64,000 bases of DNA. Source: an uncultured Acidimicrobiaceae bacterium (GTDB lineage Bacteria; Actinomycetota; Acidimicrobiia; Acidimicrobiales; RAAP-2). The position numbers and the translations under genes are program-made. A model generated the notes under the pieces. The model worked only from the letters and a program-made list of their open reading frames with translations, was not told the origin of the DNA and ran no database searches. Where the stretch lies: the NCBI GenBank assembly GCA_963756625.1, contig CAVWNQ010000003.1, forward strand, positions 332,102-396,101, written 5' to 3'. Shown here one piece after another: positions 11,154-19,536 of this stretch; the stretch's first letter is position 1; every line of letters begins with the position of its first letter.

Positions 11154-12966
11154 CCGAGCCGACCCGGCGCGACCCCTTGCGCATCGCTAACTGCAGCGGG
11201 TTCTTCGGCGACCGTGTCGCCGCAGCCAGCGAGATGGTGGAAGGTGGCCCGATCGACGTGCTGACGGGGGACTGGCTGGCCGAATTGACGATGTACATCC
11301 TGCACAAGACTCGGGAGCGCAGCGGTGGCTACGCAGCGCACGTTCCTGCGCGCCCTGGAGGACGTGCTCCCGACCTGCATCGAGCGCGGCATCAGCGTGG
11401 TGTCGAACGCGGGCGGGCTGGACCCGGGCGGCCTGGCGGCCGCCGTGGGGGAGCTGGCGCGGCGTCAGGGGCTCGAGGTCCGCGTGGCCGCCCTGTCGGG
11501 CGACGACATCACGCCGCGCCTCGCCGCGCTGCGGGCGAGCGGGGAGCGCTTCGTGAACCTCGACACCGGCGAGCTCCTGCCGGAGGAGGCGGCCGTCGTG
11601 ACGGCCAATGCCTACCTGCGGGCACGGCCGATCGCCGATGCATTGGCCGCAGGGGCCCAGGTGGTGGTCACGGGCCGGGTCACGGACGCCGCGCTGGTCG
11701 TGGGACCGGCGTTGCACGCATTCGGGTGGGAGGACGGCGACGTCGACGCCATCGCCGGCGCCGTCGTGGCGGGGCACGTGATCGAGTGCGGGGCGCAGTG
11801 CTGCGGCGGCAACTACGCGTTCTTCGGGGAGATCCCGGGGCGGGAACGGATCGGCTTCCCGCTGGCCGAGCTGCACGCGGACGGCTCGTCGGTCATCACG
11901 AAGCACCCGGGTACCGGCGGCGCGGTGACCGTGGGCACGGTGACGGCACAATTGTCTGTACGAGATCGGCGGCCCCCGCTATCTCAGCCCCGATGCCGTG
12001 GCGCGCTTCGACACGATCGAGCTGTCAGACGAGGGACCGGATCGGGTGCGCATCGCGGGCGTCCGCGGCGAGGCACCGCCGCCCACGCTGAAGGTGACGG
12101 CGAACCTCGACGCCGGTTGGCGCAACGCGATGACCCTCGCGCTCACCGGTGCGGGCGTGGCGGAGAAGGCCCGCTTCGCGGCCGACGCCGTGTGGGCCGG
12201 CATCCCCGGCGGGCGGGCGGCGTTCGCGGAGTCGGCCGAGGACCTCTCCGGTGACCTGACCGGCGGCGGCATGGCCTACCTCCGGCTGGCCGTCCGGGGC
12301 GAGGACGAGCTGGTGGTCGGCCGCACCTTCTCCGGCGCCGTGGTCGAGACGAGCCTCTCGAGCTATCCAGGCACCTTCTTCACCTCGGCGCCCTCGCGCG
12401 CCCAGGGGGTGGCGAGGTACTGGCCCACGACCGTGGCCGCGTCGGCCGTGACCCCGGTCCTCGAGGTCGATGGCCGCGCCGTCCCGGTGCGCGCGCCGAC
12501 GGTGGCGCCGGGGCCTGCTGAGCGCGCGCCCGCAGCCGCGGCTCCCGCGCCGTCCCGGGTCGCGGGCGCGGGCGCGGGCGACATCGGCGGCCTGGACGAC
12601 CTGGTACAGGTCCCCCTCGGGGTGCTCGTCGGGGCGCGCTCGGGCGACAAGGGGGGTGACGCCAACGTGGGCCTCTGGGCCGACGAGGAGGCGGTCGCAC
12701 ACTGGCTGGCGGAGGACCTCACAACGGACCTCTTCCGTGCGCTCCTGCCCGAAGCGGTGCCGTTCGCGGTCGAGCGCCACGCCCTCCCGAACCTGTGGGC
12801 GGTCAACTTCGTCGTGCACGGCATTCTCGGTTGGGGCGTCGCGTCGAACCTGCGCCTGGACACGCAGGCAAAGGGACTGGGCGAGTTGCTGCGCTCGCGT
12901 GACGTCGAGGTCCCGGCGGCCCTCGTGTCGCGTGGCCGGCCGGCGGCGCGGCTGGCCTCCGCCTGA
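11150..12966 (+). pseudogene. AtuA-like acyclic terpene utilisation protein (DUF1446, long two-domain form) with two frame breaks
   Basis: MTEPTRRDPLRIANCSGFFGDRVAAASEMVEGGPIDVLTGDWLAELTM / FLRALEDVLPTCIERGISVVSNAGGLDP...GHVIECGAQCCGGNY / LLYEIGGPRYLSPDAVARFDTIEL... Breaks near 11330 and 11955. GTGA overlap with the alpha subunit. Confidence 0.75.
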
Positions 12967-13108
12967 GCCACGCCGCGCGGCCTCCACGGGGGCCGGCACC
13001 AGGGCATCTGGCAGGATGGCGCGGTGGTCTCCCCCCGCCTGATCGCCCTCGTGGCGGGGGTCGCCATCGTCGCGACCCGCGGTCTGGAGCGTCTTCGCCG
13101 TCCTGGTC

Positions 13109-14188
13109 GTGCCGCGGGTCACGTCGTCGCGCATCACCCGCGGCCTGGCCCGCCTCCTGGGCGGCACCGCCCGCCAGGTCTCGCCGCGCCTCCCCACCTA
13201 CGAGGTGCGCGACCGCGTGCTGTCGTTCGTCGGCCCGGCCACCATGGTCCTGCTGTTCGGGCTGTGGCTCTCCCTGCTGGTCGTCGGCTTCGCGTTGATC
13301 ATCTGGTGGGACAGCGGCATCGACTTCGCCTCGGCGATGGGCGTGGCAGGCTCCTCAGTGTTCACGCTCGGCATCGCCACGGCGAGGGGACCGGGGCCGC
13401 GCACCCTCGAGATCTTCGCCGCCGGCATCGGGCTGCTGGTCATCGCGCTCGAGATCGCGTACCTGCCCGCGCTCTACAGCCAGTTCGCCACGCGCGAGAC
13501 CGAGGTCACGCTGCTCCAGGCGCGCGGTGGGAGCCCCGCCTGGGGCCCGGAGATCCTCGCGCGGGGCTTCTGGCTCGACACCATGGACGAGCTCCCGCCG
13601 CTGTACGGCGACTGGGAACGCTGGGCCGCCACCGTGTCGGAGAGCCACGCCAACTATCCCGCGCTCATCTGGTTCCGCTCACCCGTCTCGTCACGCAGCT
13701 GGCTGGTGGCGTTGGTGGCCATGATGGACTCGGCGGCGATGTACCACGCGGTCAGCCCGGCCCAGGCGCCGCACCAGGCCCGCCTGTTCCTCTCGATGGG
13801 TATCCGCTGCCTGCGCTCGATGGCCCGGGCGCTGCAGATTCCGCACGACGCCGATCCGCTGCCCACGGCGGGCACCCGCCTCACCAAGGAGGAATTCGCG
13901 GAGGGCTACCGCCGGCTCGAGGAGGTCAAGTGGCCCGTCGAGCGCGACCTGGACGAGTCGTGGCGCAATTTCCAGGGCTGGCGCGTCAACTACGAGTCGA
14001 TCGTCGACGCACTGACGGCGCTGACCATGCCGCCCCCCGCGCCGTGGTTCGTGGCCCGGCCCGAGCTCGGCCAGGCGGAATTCCCCCTCGTGATCAACCG
14101 CACCCCCGAGGAGCCTCAGGGGGCGAAGGGCTTCGGCAGAAGCAAGACCTTGAGGACGCCGTCGGCCCGGGAGTCGAAGAGCTCGTAG
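13109..14188 (+). CDS. Hypothetical integral membrane protein; the N-terminus may extend to about 13024 through one more frame break
   Basis: Intact 359-aa ORF with hydrophobic helices (VLLFGLWLSLLVVGFALIIWW, AAGIGLLVIALEIAYLPALY). I recognise no family. Confidence 0.5.
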   Translation: MPRVTSSRITRGLARLLGGTARQVSPRLPTYEVRDRVLSFVGPATMVLLFGLWLSLLVVGFALIIWWDSGIDFASAMGVAGSSVFTLGIATARGPGPRTLEIFAAGIGLLVIALEIAYLPALYSQFATRETEVTLLQARGGSPAWGPEILARGFWLDTMDELPPLYGDWERWAATVSESHANYPALIWFRSPVSSRSWLVALVAMMDSAAMYHAVSPAQAPHQARLFLSMGIRCLRSMARALQIPHDADPLPTAGTRLTKEEFAEGYRRLEEVKWPVERDLDESWRNFQGWRVNYESIVDALTALTMPPPAPWFVARPELGQAEFPLVINRTPEEPQGAKGFGRSKTLRTPSARESKSS

Positions 14189-15171
14189 GCCTCGGGCGCG
14201 CGCTCCAGGGCCATCCGGTGCGTGAACGTGTCGGCCAGGCCGCTGAAGCGGCCCGACTGTACGAGCGGCACGAGGGCCGGCCAGGTCCCGGGCACCGGCG
14301 CAAAGATGGTGCGCACGGTGAGGCTCTTCAAGAAGACGAGTCCCATCGGGAACGCCATGTCCATGGAGAGGTTGACCCCGACGATGGACACCGTGCCTCC
14401 GGTGGCCGCGCAGGACAGTGCGTCGACGATGGTGGCGTCCGCACCCACGGCCTCGATGACCGACTCGGCGCCGCGTCCACCGGTGGTCTCCATGACCTGC
14501 ACCGATCCGGGCGCGGTGCGGGCGTCGACGGGTTCTGCGCCGAGCCGCTCGGCCCGGGCGAGCCGCTCGGGCACCTGGTCGACCGCCAGGATGCGGGCGG
14601 GCCCGAAGAGGGCCGCGCACCGCAGGGCCATGATGCCGACCGGCCCGAGGCCCACCACGACGACAGTGGCACCGGGACGGATACCGGCGCGCAACGCGCC
14701 CAGGTAACCGGTGGGCAGGATGTCGGTCAGCAGCACGGCCTCCTCATCTGCGACCCCTTCGGGGATCGGGAGGGCGAAGACGTCGGCAAAGGGGACGGCC
14801 ATGGCCTCGGCCTGTCCTCCGGGGAGCTCGGGTACCGTCCCGAACGCGGCAGACTTGCCGGCCCGACACAGGTTGGGCTGGCCGGCCAGGCAGGGGCCGC
14901 AGACGCCGCAGCCGATCACGCCCGAGACCAGGACGCGATCGCCGCGCCGCATGGTGCGCACCTGGGGCCCGACCTCGGCGACCGTGCCGATGGCCTCGTG
15001 GCCGAGCCGGATGCCGCTGCCCGTCGGCGCGCCGTGGTAAAGGTGCAGATCGGAGCCGCAGATCGCCGTCCGCTCGACGGTGACGACGATGCCTTCGGGA
15101 CCGGGTAGCACCGGGTCGGGGACGTCCATGACGCGCACCGAGTGCGGTCCCTCCAACACGGTGGCTCGCAT
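14116..15171 (-). CDS. Zinc-dependent alcohol dehydrogenase (MDR family)
   Basis: Intact 351 aa: ICGSDLHLYHG, GHEAIGTVAEVG, structural-Zn cluster GCGVCGPCLAGQPNLC, NAD fold VVVVGLGPVG. Confidence 0.85.
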   Translation of the reverse strand: MRATVLEGPHSVRVMDVPDPVLPGPEGIVVTVERTAICGSDLHLYHGAPTGSGIRLGHEAIGTVAEVGPQVRTMRRGDRVLVSGVIGCGVCGPCLAGQPNLCRAGKSAAFGTVPELPGGQAEAMAVPFADVFALPIPEGVADEEAVLLTDILPTGYLGALRAGIRPGATVVVVGLGPVGIMALRCAALFGPARILAVDQVPERLARAERLGAEPVDARTAPGSVQVMETTGGRGAESVIEAVGADATIVDALSCAATGGTVSIVGVNLSMDMAFPMGLVFLKSLTVRTIFAPVPGTWPALVPLVQSGRFSGLADTFTHRMALERAPEAYELFDSRADGVLKVLLLPKPFAP

Positions 15172-15231
15172 TTCCGCACGCTAGCCCCCAGGACTACACT
15201 TGAGTGGGCCAAACGCAGCCCGACTCTCCTC

Positions 15232-15543
15232 ATGGCTTCGCACCGCGACCCTTCGACGACCATCGAGCTGCCCGTCCTGGCCGATGAGGACGTCGACGCC
15301 TTCTTCGAGTACGAGGACCTGTGGGCGGTGATCGTCTGGAACGACGACGTCACGACGTTCCAGACGGTGATCCAGGCGTTCGTCGAGATCTTCGGGCATA
15401 CCGTCGAACGCGCCGACCAACTGGCCTGGAAGATCCACCGCACGGGGAAGGCCGTGGCCGCGGTCCGGCCGAAGGACGAGGCCGAAGCGGCGGTGCACGC
15501 CCTCCATCTGCGCAAGATCTCCGCCTCGCTCGCCCGCGCCTGA
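15232..15543 (+). CDS. clpS: ATP-dependent Clp protease adaptor ClpS
   Basis: MASHRDPSTT...WAVIVWNDDVTTFQTVIQAFVEIFGHTVERADQLAWKIHRTGKAVAAVRPKDEAEAAVHALH, the typical ClpS core. Confidence 0.85.
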   Translation: MASHRDPSTTIELPVLADEDVDAFFEYEDLWAVIVWNDDVTTFQTVIQAFVEIFGHTVERADQLAWKIHRTGKAVAAVRPKDEAEAAVHALHLRKISASLARA

Positions 15544-15548
15544 CGGCT

Positions 15549-15574
15549 GGCGCGGCGACGCGCGTCGCTGCGCC
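15549..15574 (+). terminator. GC-rich hairpin between convergent clpS and GNAT genes (possible bidirectional terminator, no U-tract)
   Basis: GGCGCGGCGA-cgcgcg-TCGCTGCGCC: 10-bp stem with one G.U pair and a 6-nt loop, 6 nt after the clpS stop. Confidence 0.4.
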
Positions 15575-15624
15575 GGCGAAGCGGGGAGGGCGGCGTAGCA
15601 GCGCGGCGGGTCGCGCGCGTCGGC

Positions 15625-16266
15625 TTATCGGGCTTCGGCCAGCCGCGCCGTCAACCGGGTCTTCACCTCGGGCCATTCGGACACGACAATCGAGAAGCGG
15701 GCCGAGGTGCGGACGGTGTCGTCAGAGCCGGGCCGGTCGGCGCGCATGATGCCGTCGAGCCGCCCACCGATCCGCTCGATGGCGGCCCACGAGCGCGTGT
15801 TCCGGACGTCTGTCTGCAGCGCGACGCGGTGCACCTGCCACACCTCGAAGGCGTGCGTCATCATCAGCAGCTTCGCCTCGGTGTTGACGGGCGTGCGCTG
15901 GGCCGAAGCGGCCAGCCAGGTGAAGCCGATGTCGACCACGTCGGGCACTCCGTGGCGTTGGTGCGCCGCCCCGGGCGGCCATTGCCAGAAGGCGATCTCG
16001 CAGAACCGGGTGGCGCCGACGACTGTGTCGCACTCACCGGCTCCGCCTCCTTTGCGGACCGTGGCGAATGCCACGTCCGCGCCGGCGGCCACCTTGGCCA
16101 GCGCGTCACGCACGTAGTCGGTCATCTGTTCGAGGCCGTCGGGCGTGTACGTCCATTGGTAACTGGTGCGGTCCTGGCCGGACGCCTCGACCAGGGCCTG
16201 GATGTGGGCTTCGTGCAGCGGCTCGAGACGGACGTGGCGGCCCTCGAGCGTGAACCGCTCAAGCAT
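15625..16266 (-). CDS. GNAT family N-acetyltransferase
   Basis: Intact 213 aa: MLERFTLEGRHVRLEPLHEAHIQALVEA...NTEAKLLMMTHAFEVWQVHRVALQTDVRNTRSWAAIERIGG. The start overlaps the MFS stop by 8 nt. Confidence 0.75.
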   Translation of the reverse strand: MLERFTLEGRHVRLEPLHEAHIQALVEASGQDRTSYQWTYTPDGLEQMTDYVRDALAKVAAGADVAFATVRKGGGAGECDTVVGATRFCEIAFWQWPPGAAHQRHGVPDVVDIGFTWLAASAQRTPVNTEAKLLMMTHAFEVWQVHRVALQTDVRNTRSWAAIERIGGRLDGIMRADRPGSDDTVRTSARFSIVVSEWPEVKTRLTARLAEAR

Positions 16267-17878
16267 GGGCGGCGGGGATCCCCGCCTCGGCCGGTGCCTC
16301 CGTTCCCTCGCCCGGGCGGGCGCCGCCGGCAGGAGCTGTGCTGGACGCAGTGGGGACGATGAAGTCTCGCTGACGCACGAGTGTGAACGCGCCGAGCGCG
16401 CCGACGAAGGCGACCACGGCCCCGATGTCCATGAGGTGGTTCAGCGTGGACGAAAAGGCCACGTGGTAGGCGTCGAGCAACGCCGCTCGTGCCGACGGGC
16501 CCGGGATGGACGACGCCACATGACGCACCTCACCAGCCGACAGGGCGCCCCTCAGCTGCGAACCGCCGTGCCGGAGCACGTCGGCCCCGGTGGCCGTCTT
16601 CTGCAGCGTGGCGGTGGTGTGCGAGACGATCTGGGTCTGGAACACCGCGCCGAGCACGGCGATGCCGGTGGCGATGCCGACCTGGCGGAACGTGTTGTTG
16701 GCGCCAGAGGCCATGCCCGAGTGTTGGGGCTGGACCACCGAGATGGCTCCGGACGCGAGGACTGGGTTCACCACGCCGATGCCGAGCCCAGCGAGGATGA
16801 ACCCGGGGAGAAGGACCGTCCACGTGGAGTCGGGGTGTGTCGTGCCCATGAGGAGCAGCGAGCCGGTGACGATGAGCATCCCGACGCCGAGCAACAGGCG
16901 CGATTGCACGCGGACGGTCAGGCGCCCGGCGAAGAAGGCGACGAAGAAGGTGACGAGCGTCATAGGGAGGAAACGAAGCCCGGCGGCCCACGGCCCGTAG
17001 CCGAGGTTGTCCTGGATGTAGAGGGTCAGGTAGAGGAACATGGCGAAGATGGAGGCCGCCAAGGTGAATGCGGCGACGGAGAGCCCGACGAACGCGGGAA
17101 TTCTGAACAGACTCAGATCGAGCATGGGGTCGCCCGTCCTCGCCTCGTTGACGAAGAAGACCACCATGAGCACCGCAGCGGCGACGAGGAGCCCGACAAT
17201 GGTGGTGCTGCCCCAACCGAGGTCGTTGCCCCGCACCAGAGCGAACACGAGACAGAACAGGCTGGCGGAAAAGGTGACGAATCCGATCCAGTCCACGCGG
17301 CGCGCCCGCGGATCCCTGGACTCCGAGATCCTGGCGAAGGTGATGAGGATGGCCACGGCGCCGATGGGTACGTTGACGAAGAAGATCCAGCGCCACCCGA
17401 TCCCACTGGTGATGGCACCACCGATGAGTGGTCCCACCGCGACCGCGCCGCCGATCACCGCGCCGTAGATGCCGAAGGCCGTGCCCCGATCGCGGCCGAC
17501 GAACGCACTGGCGATGAGTGCGAGCGACGTCGCGAACATGATTGCGCCGCCGACGCCCTGCACGGCGCGGGCGAGGTTGAGCATCAGCGGCGTCGTCGAC
17601 AGTCCACAGACGAGCGAGGCGACGGAGAAGATGCCCAGGCCGATGGCGAAGACTTCGCGGCGACCGTAGATGTCGCCCACGACGCCGGCCGTCAGGAGGA
17701 ACGCAGCCAGCGTCAGGGAGTACGCGTCGACGACCCACTGCAGGTCGGAAAAGCTCGAATTGAGCGAGCGCTGGATGTCGGGCAGCGCAACGTTGACGAC
17801 GGTGATGTCCAACAGGAGCATGAACACCGCAGTACAGACGGCAATGAGGGTCCACCATTTGCGGTCCAGAGCAGGCAT
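16259..17878 (-). CDS. MFS transporter, DHA2 (EmrB/QacA, 14-TMS) drug:H+ antiporter type
   Basis: MPALDRKWWTLIAVCTAVFMLLLDITVVNVALPDIQRSL...GRLTVR...; a long hydrophobic ORF. The track start at 17908 is GTG; ATG at 17878 fits the family N-terminus. Confidence 0.85.
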   Translation of the reverse strand: MPALDRKWWTLIAVCTAVFMLLLDITVVNVALPDIQRSLNSSFSDLQWVVDAYSLTLAAFLLTAGVVGDIYGRREVFAIGLGIFSVASLVCGLSTTPLMLNLARAVQGVGGAIMFATSLALIASAFVGRDRGTAFGIYGAVIGGAVAVGPLIGGAITSGIGWRWIFFVNVPIGAVAILITFARISESRDPRARRVDWIGFVTFSASLFCLVFALVRGNDLGWGSTTIVGLLVAAAVLMVVFFVNEARTGDPMLDLSLFRIPAFVGLSVAAFTLAASIFAMFLYLTLYIQDNLGYGPWAAGLRFLPMTLVTFFVAFFAGRLTVRVQSRLLLGVGMLIVTGSLLLMGTTHPDSTWTVLLPGFILAGLGIGVVNPVLASGAISVVQPQHSGMASGANNTFRQVGIATGIAVLGAVFQTQIVSHTTATLQKTATGADVLRHGGSQLRGALSAGEVRHVASSIPGPSARAALLDAYHVAFSSTLNHLMDIGAVVAFVGALGAFTLVRQRDFIVPTASSTAPAGGARPGEGTEAPAEAGIPAAHA

Positions 17879-17922
17879 TCGCGGAGTGTATCTACCGGGT
17901 GTTCGCACTCGTACAATGTGCT

Positions 17923-19521
17923 GTGATCGTCGGGTCTGCCCTCACCATCGAGATCGGCGATCGCACCCTGCTGAGTGACGCATCGTTCGTCGTCGGCGCC
18001 GGCGAGAAGGTGGGGCTCGTCGGCCGGAATGGCACGGGGAAGTCCTCGTTCATCTCGGTCCTGATCGGGGAACCGGCCCGCCACCTGCGGCACCAGGGCA
18101 ACGTCCGCGTCCTGGGGTCCTTCGGCTACCTCCCGCAGGCCCCGGTGCCCGGCGGGCTCGGCCTCGAGCAGACGGGCTTCTCACACATCCTCTCGGCGCG
18201 GGGGCTCGACGTGCTCGACGACGCACTCGGATCGGCGCGCCGGGCCATGGCGGACGACCCCTCCGAGGAGCACATCGAGTTGTTCACCGACCTCCAGGAG
18301 CAATTCCAGTCCAATGGTGGCTATGAAGCCGAGTCCGTCATGGCCCGGTTGGCCGACGGGCTCGGACTCCGCCAGGAGCTCCTCCTCGAGGACATCGACG
18401 AGCTGTCGGGTGGCCAGCGCCGGCGTGTCGACCTCATGCGCGTCCTCTTCCAGGAACCCGAGCTCATGATCCTCGACGAGCCCACCAACCATCTCGACCG
18501 CTCCGCCAAGCGATGGCTGCTCGACGAGCTGGCCCGCTTCCCCGGCGCGCTACTGGTGGTGAGCCACGACCTCAAGCTGCTGGATCACGCCATCAGCAAA
18601 GTGCTGCACATCTCGAACCAGCGGCTCACCGAGTGGAAGGGCAACTACTCAAAGTTCCAGGCGCAACACGAGGCCGACCAGGCCCAGCGCGAGCGCGCGG
18701 CCGAACTCGAGAAGCGGGAGATCACCCGGCTCTCGGACCTGGCCAACTCGATGCGGGCCAGCACCGAGAAGCGAGCGCGGAAGGCCAAGGCCCTGGACAA
18801 GCGAGTCGAGCGACTCGAGGCCGGGCGCACCCACGTCGACCGGCGCGAGCGGGCCAGCACGTTCAAGTTGCCACCCCCGCCCCGGTCGGGGGCCATACCC
18901 CTGGACGTGACCAAGCTGGGCATCCGCTACGGCGACAACGAGGTGCTGTCGGGGGTCACGTTGCACGCGGGGCGAGGGGACCACATCGTCATCATCGGCC
19001 GGAACGGCGCAGGGAAGTCGTCGTTGCTCCGCTGCCTCGCCGGAGTGCAAGAACCGAGCAACGGCGTCATCGAGCTGGGGCACAACGTCGAGGTGGGCTA
19101 CTTCGCCCAGGAGCACGAGCAGATCGACCCGGGTCGCACCGCCCTGGCGAACGTCAGTGATGCGGTGCTCAAGGCCGAGCGCGACCGCCGGGCGCTGCTG
19201 GGATCCTTTGGGCTGCCGTCGAAGGCGGCCGACCAGATGCCGGCAACGCTCTCGGGTGGTGAGCGGGCCAAGCTCGGATTGGCCATGCTCTCAGCGGGAG
19301 AGGCCAACCTCCTGCTGCTCGACGAGCCGACCAACAACCTCGACCCTTCGTCCATCGCGGCCGTCGGCGCCATGTTGGGCAATTGGCCGGGAACCATCGT
19401 CGCCGTGAGCCACGAGCGCGGCTTCGTCGAGGCGCTGCGTCCCACGTACTGCCTGCGCCTCCCGGAGGAGCGCTATACACACTGGCGCGAGGAGTACCTC
19501 GACGACGTCGAGATGCGCTAG
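17923..19521 (+). CDS. ABC-F family ATPase (two ABC cassettes, no TM domain)
   Basis: Two Walker A motifs (GRNGTGKSS, GRNGAGKSS), two signature motifs (LSGGQRRR, LSGGERAK), and a charged inter-domain linker (QAQHEADQAQRERAAELEKRE...). Confidence 0.85.
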   Translation: MIVGSALTIEIGDRTLLSDASFVVGAGEKVGLVGRNGTGKSSFISVLIGEPARHLRHQGNVRVLGSFGYLPQAPVPGGLGLEQTGFSHILSARGLDVLDDALGSARRAMADDPSEEHIELFTDLQEQFQSNGGYEAESVMARLADGLGLRQELLLEDIDELSGGQRRRVDLMRVLFQEPELMILDEPTNHLDRSAKRWLLDELARFPGALLVVSHDLKLLDHAISKVLHISNQRLTEWKGNYSKFQAQHEADQAQRERAAELEKREITRLSDLANSMRASTEKRARKAKALDKRVERLEAGRTHVDRRERASTFKLPPPPRSGAIPLDVTKLGIRYGDNEVLSGVTLHAGRGDHIVIIGRNGAGKSSLLRCLAGVQEPSNGVIELGHNVEVGYFAQEHEQIDPGRTALANVSDAVLKAERDRRALLGSFGLPSKAADQMPATLSGGERAKLGLAMLSAGEANLLLLDEPTNNLDPSSIAAVGAMLGNWPGTIVAVSHERGFVEALRPTYCLRLPEERYTHWREEYLDDVEMR

Positions 19522-19536
19522 CGCCCCGGGTTCCGG

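Noticed and set aside
12470-12600. A GC-rich repetitive stretch (GCGGGCGCGGGCGCGGGCG) as a repeat element
   Set aside because: It lies in frame within the AtuA-like protein and encodes an Ala/Pro/Gly interdomain linker. It is compositional low complexity, not a mobile or regulatory repeat.
1-13100. Programmed ribosomal frameshifting or transcriptional slippage as an explanation for the many frame breaks
   Set aside because: There are too many events, in unrelated genes, in both directions, and at sites without slippery heptamers (for example CTACGCC and TTGTCTG). Known programmed shifts are single, conserved and motif-dependent.
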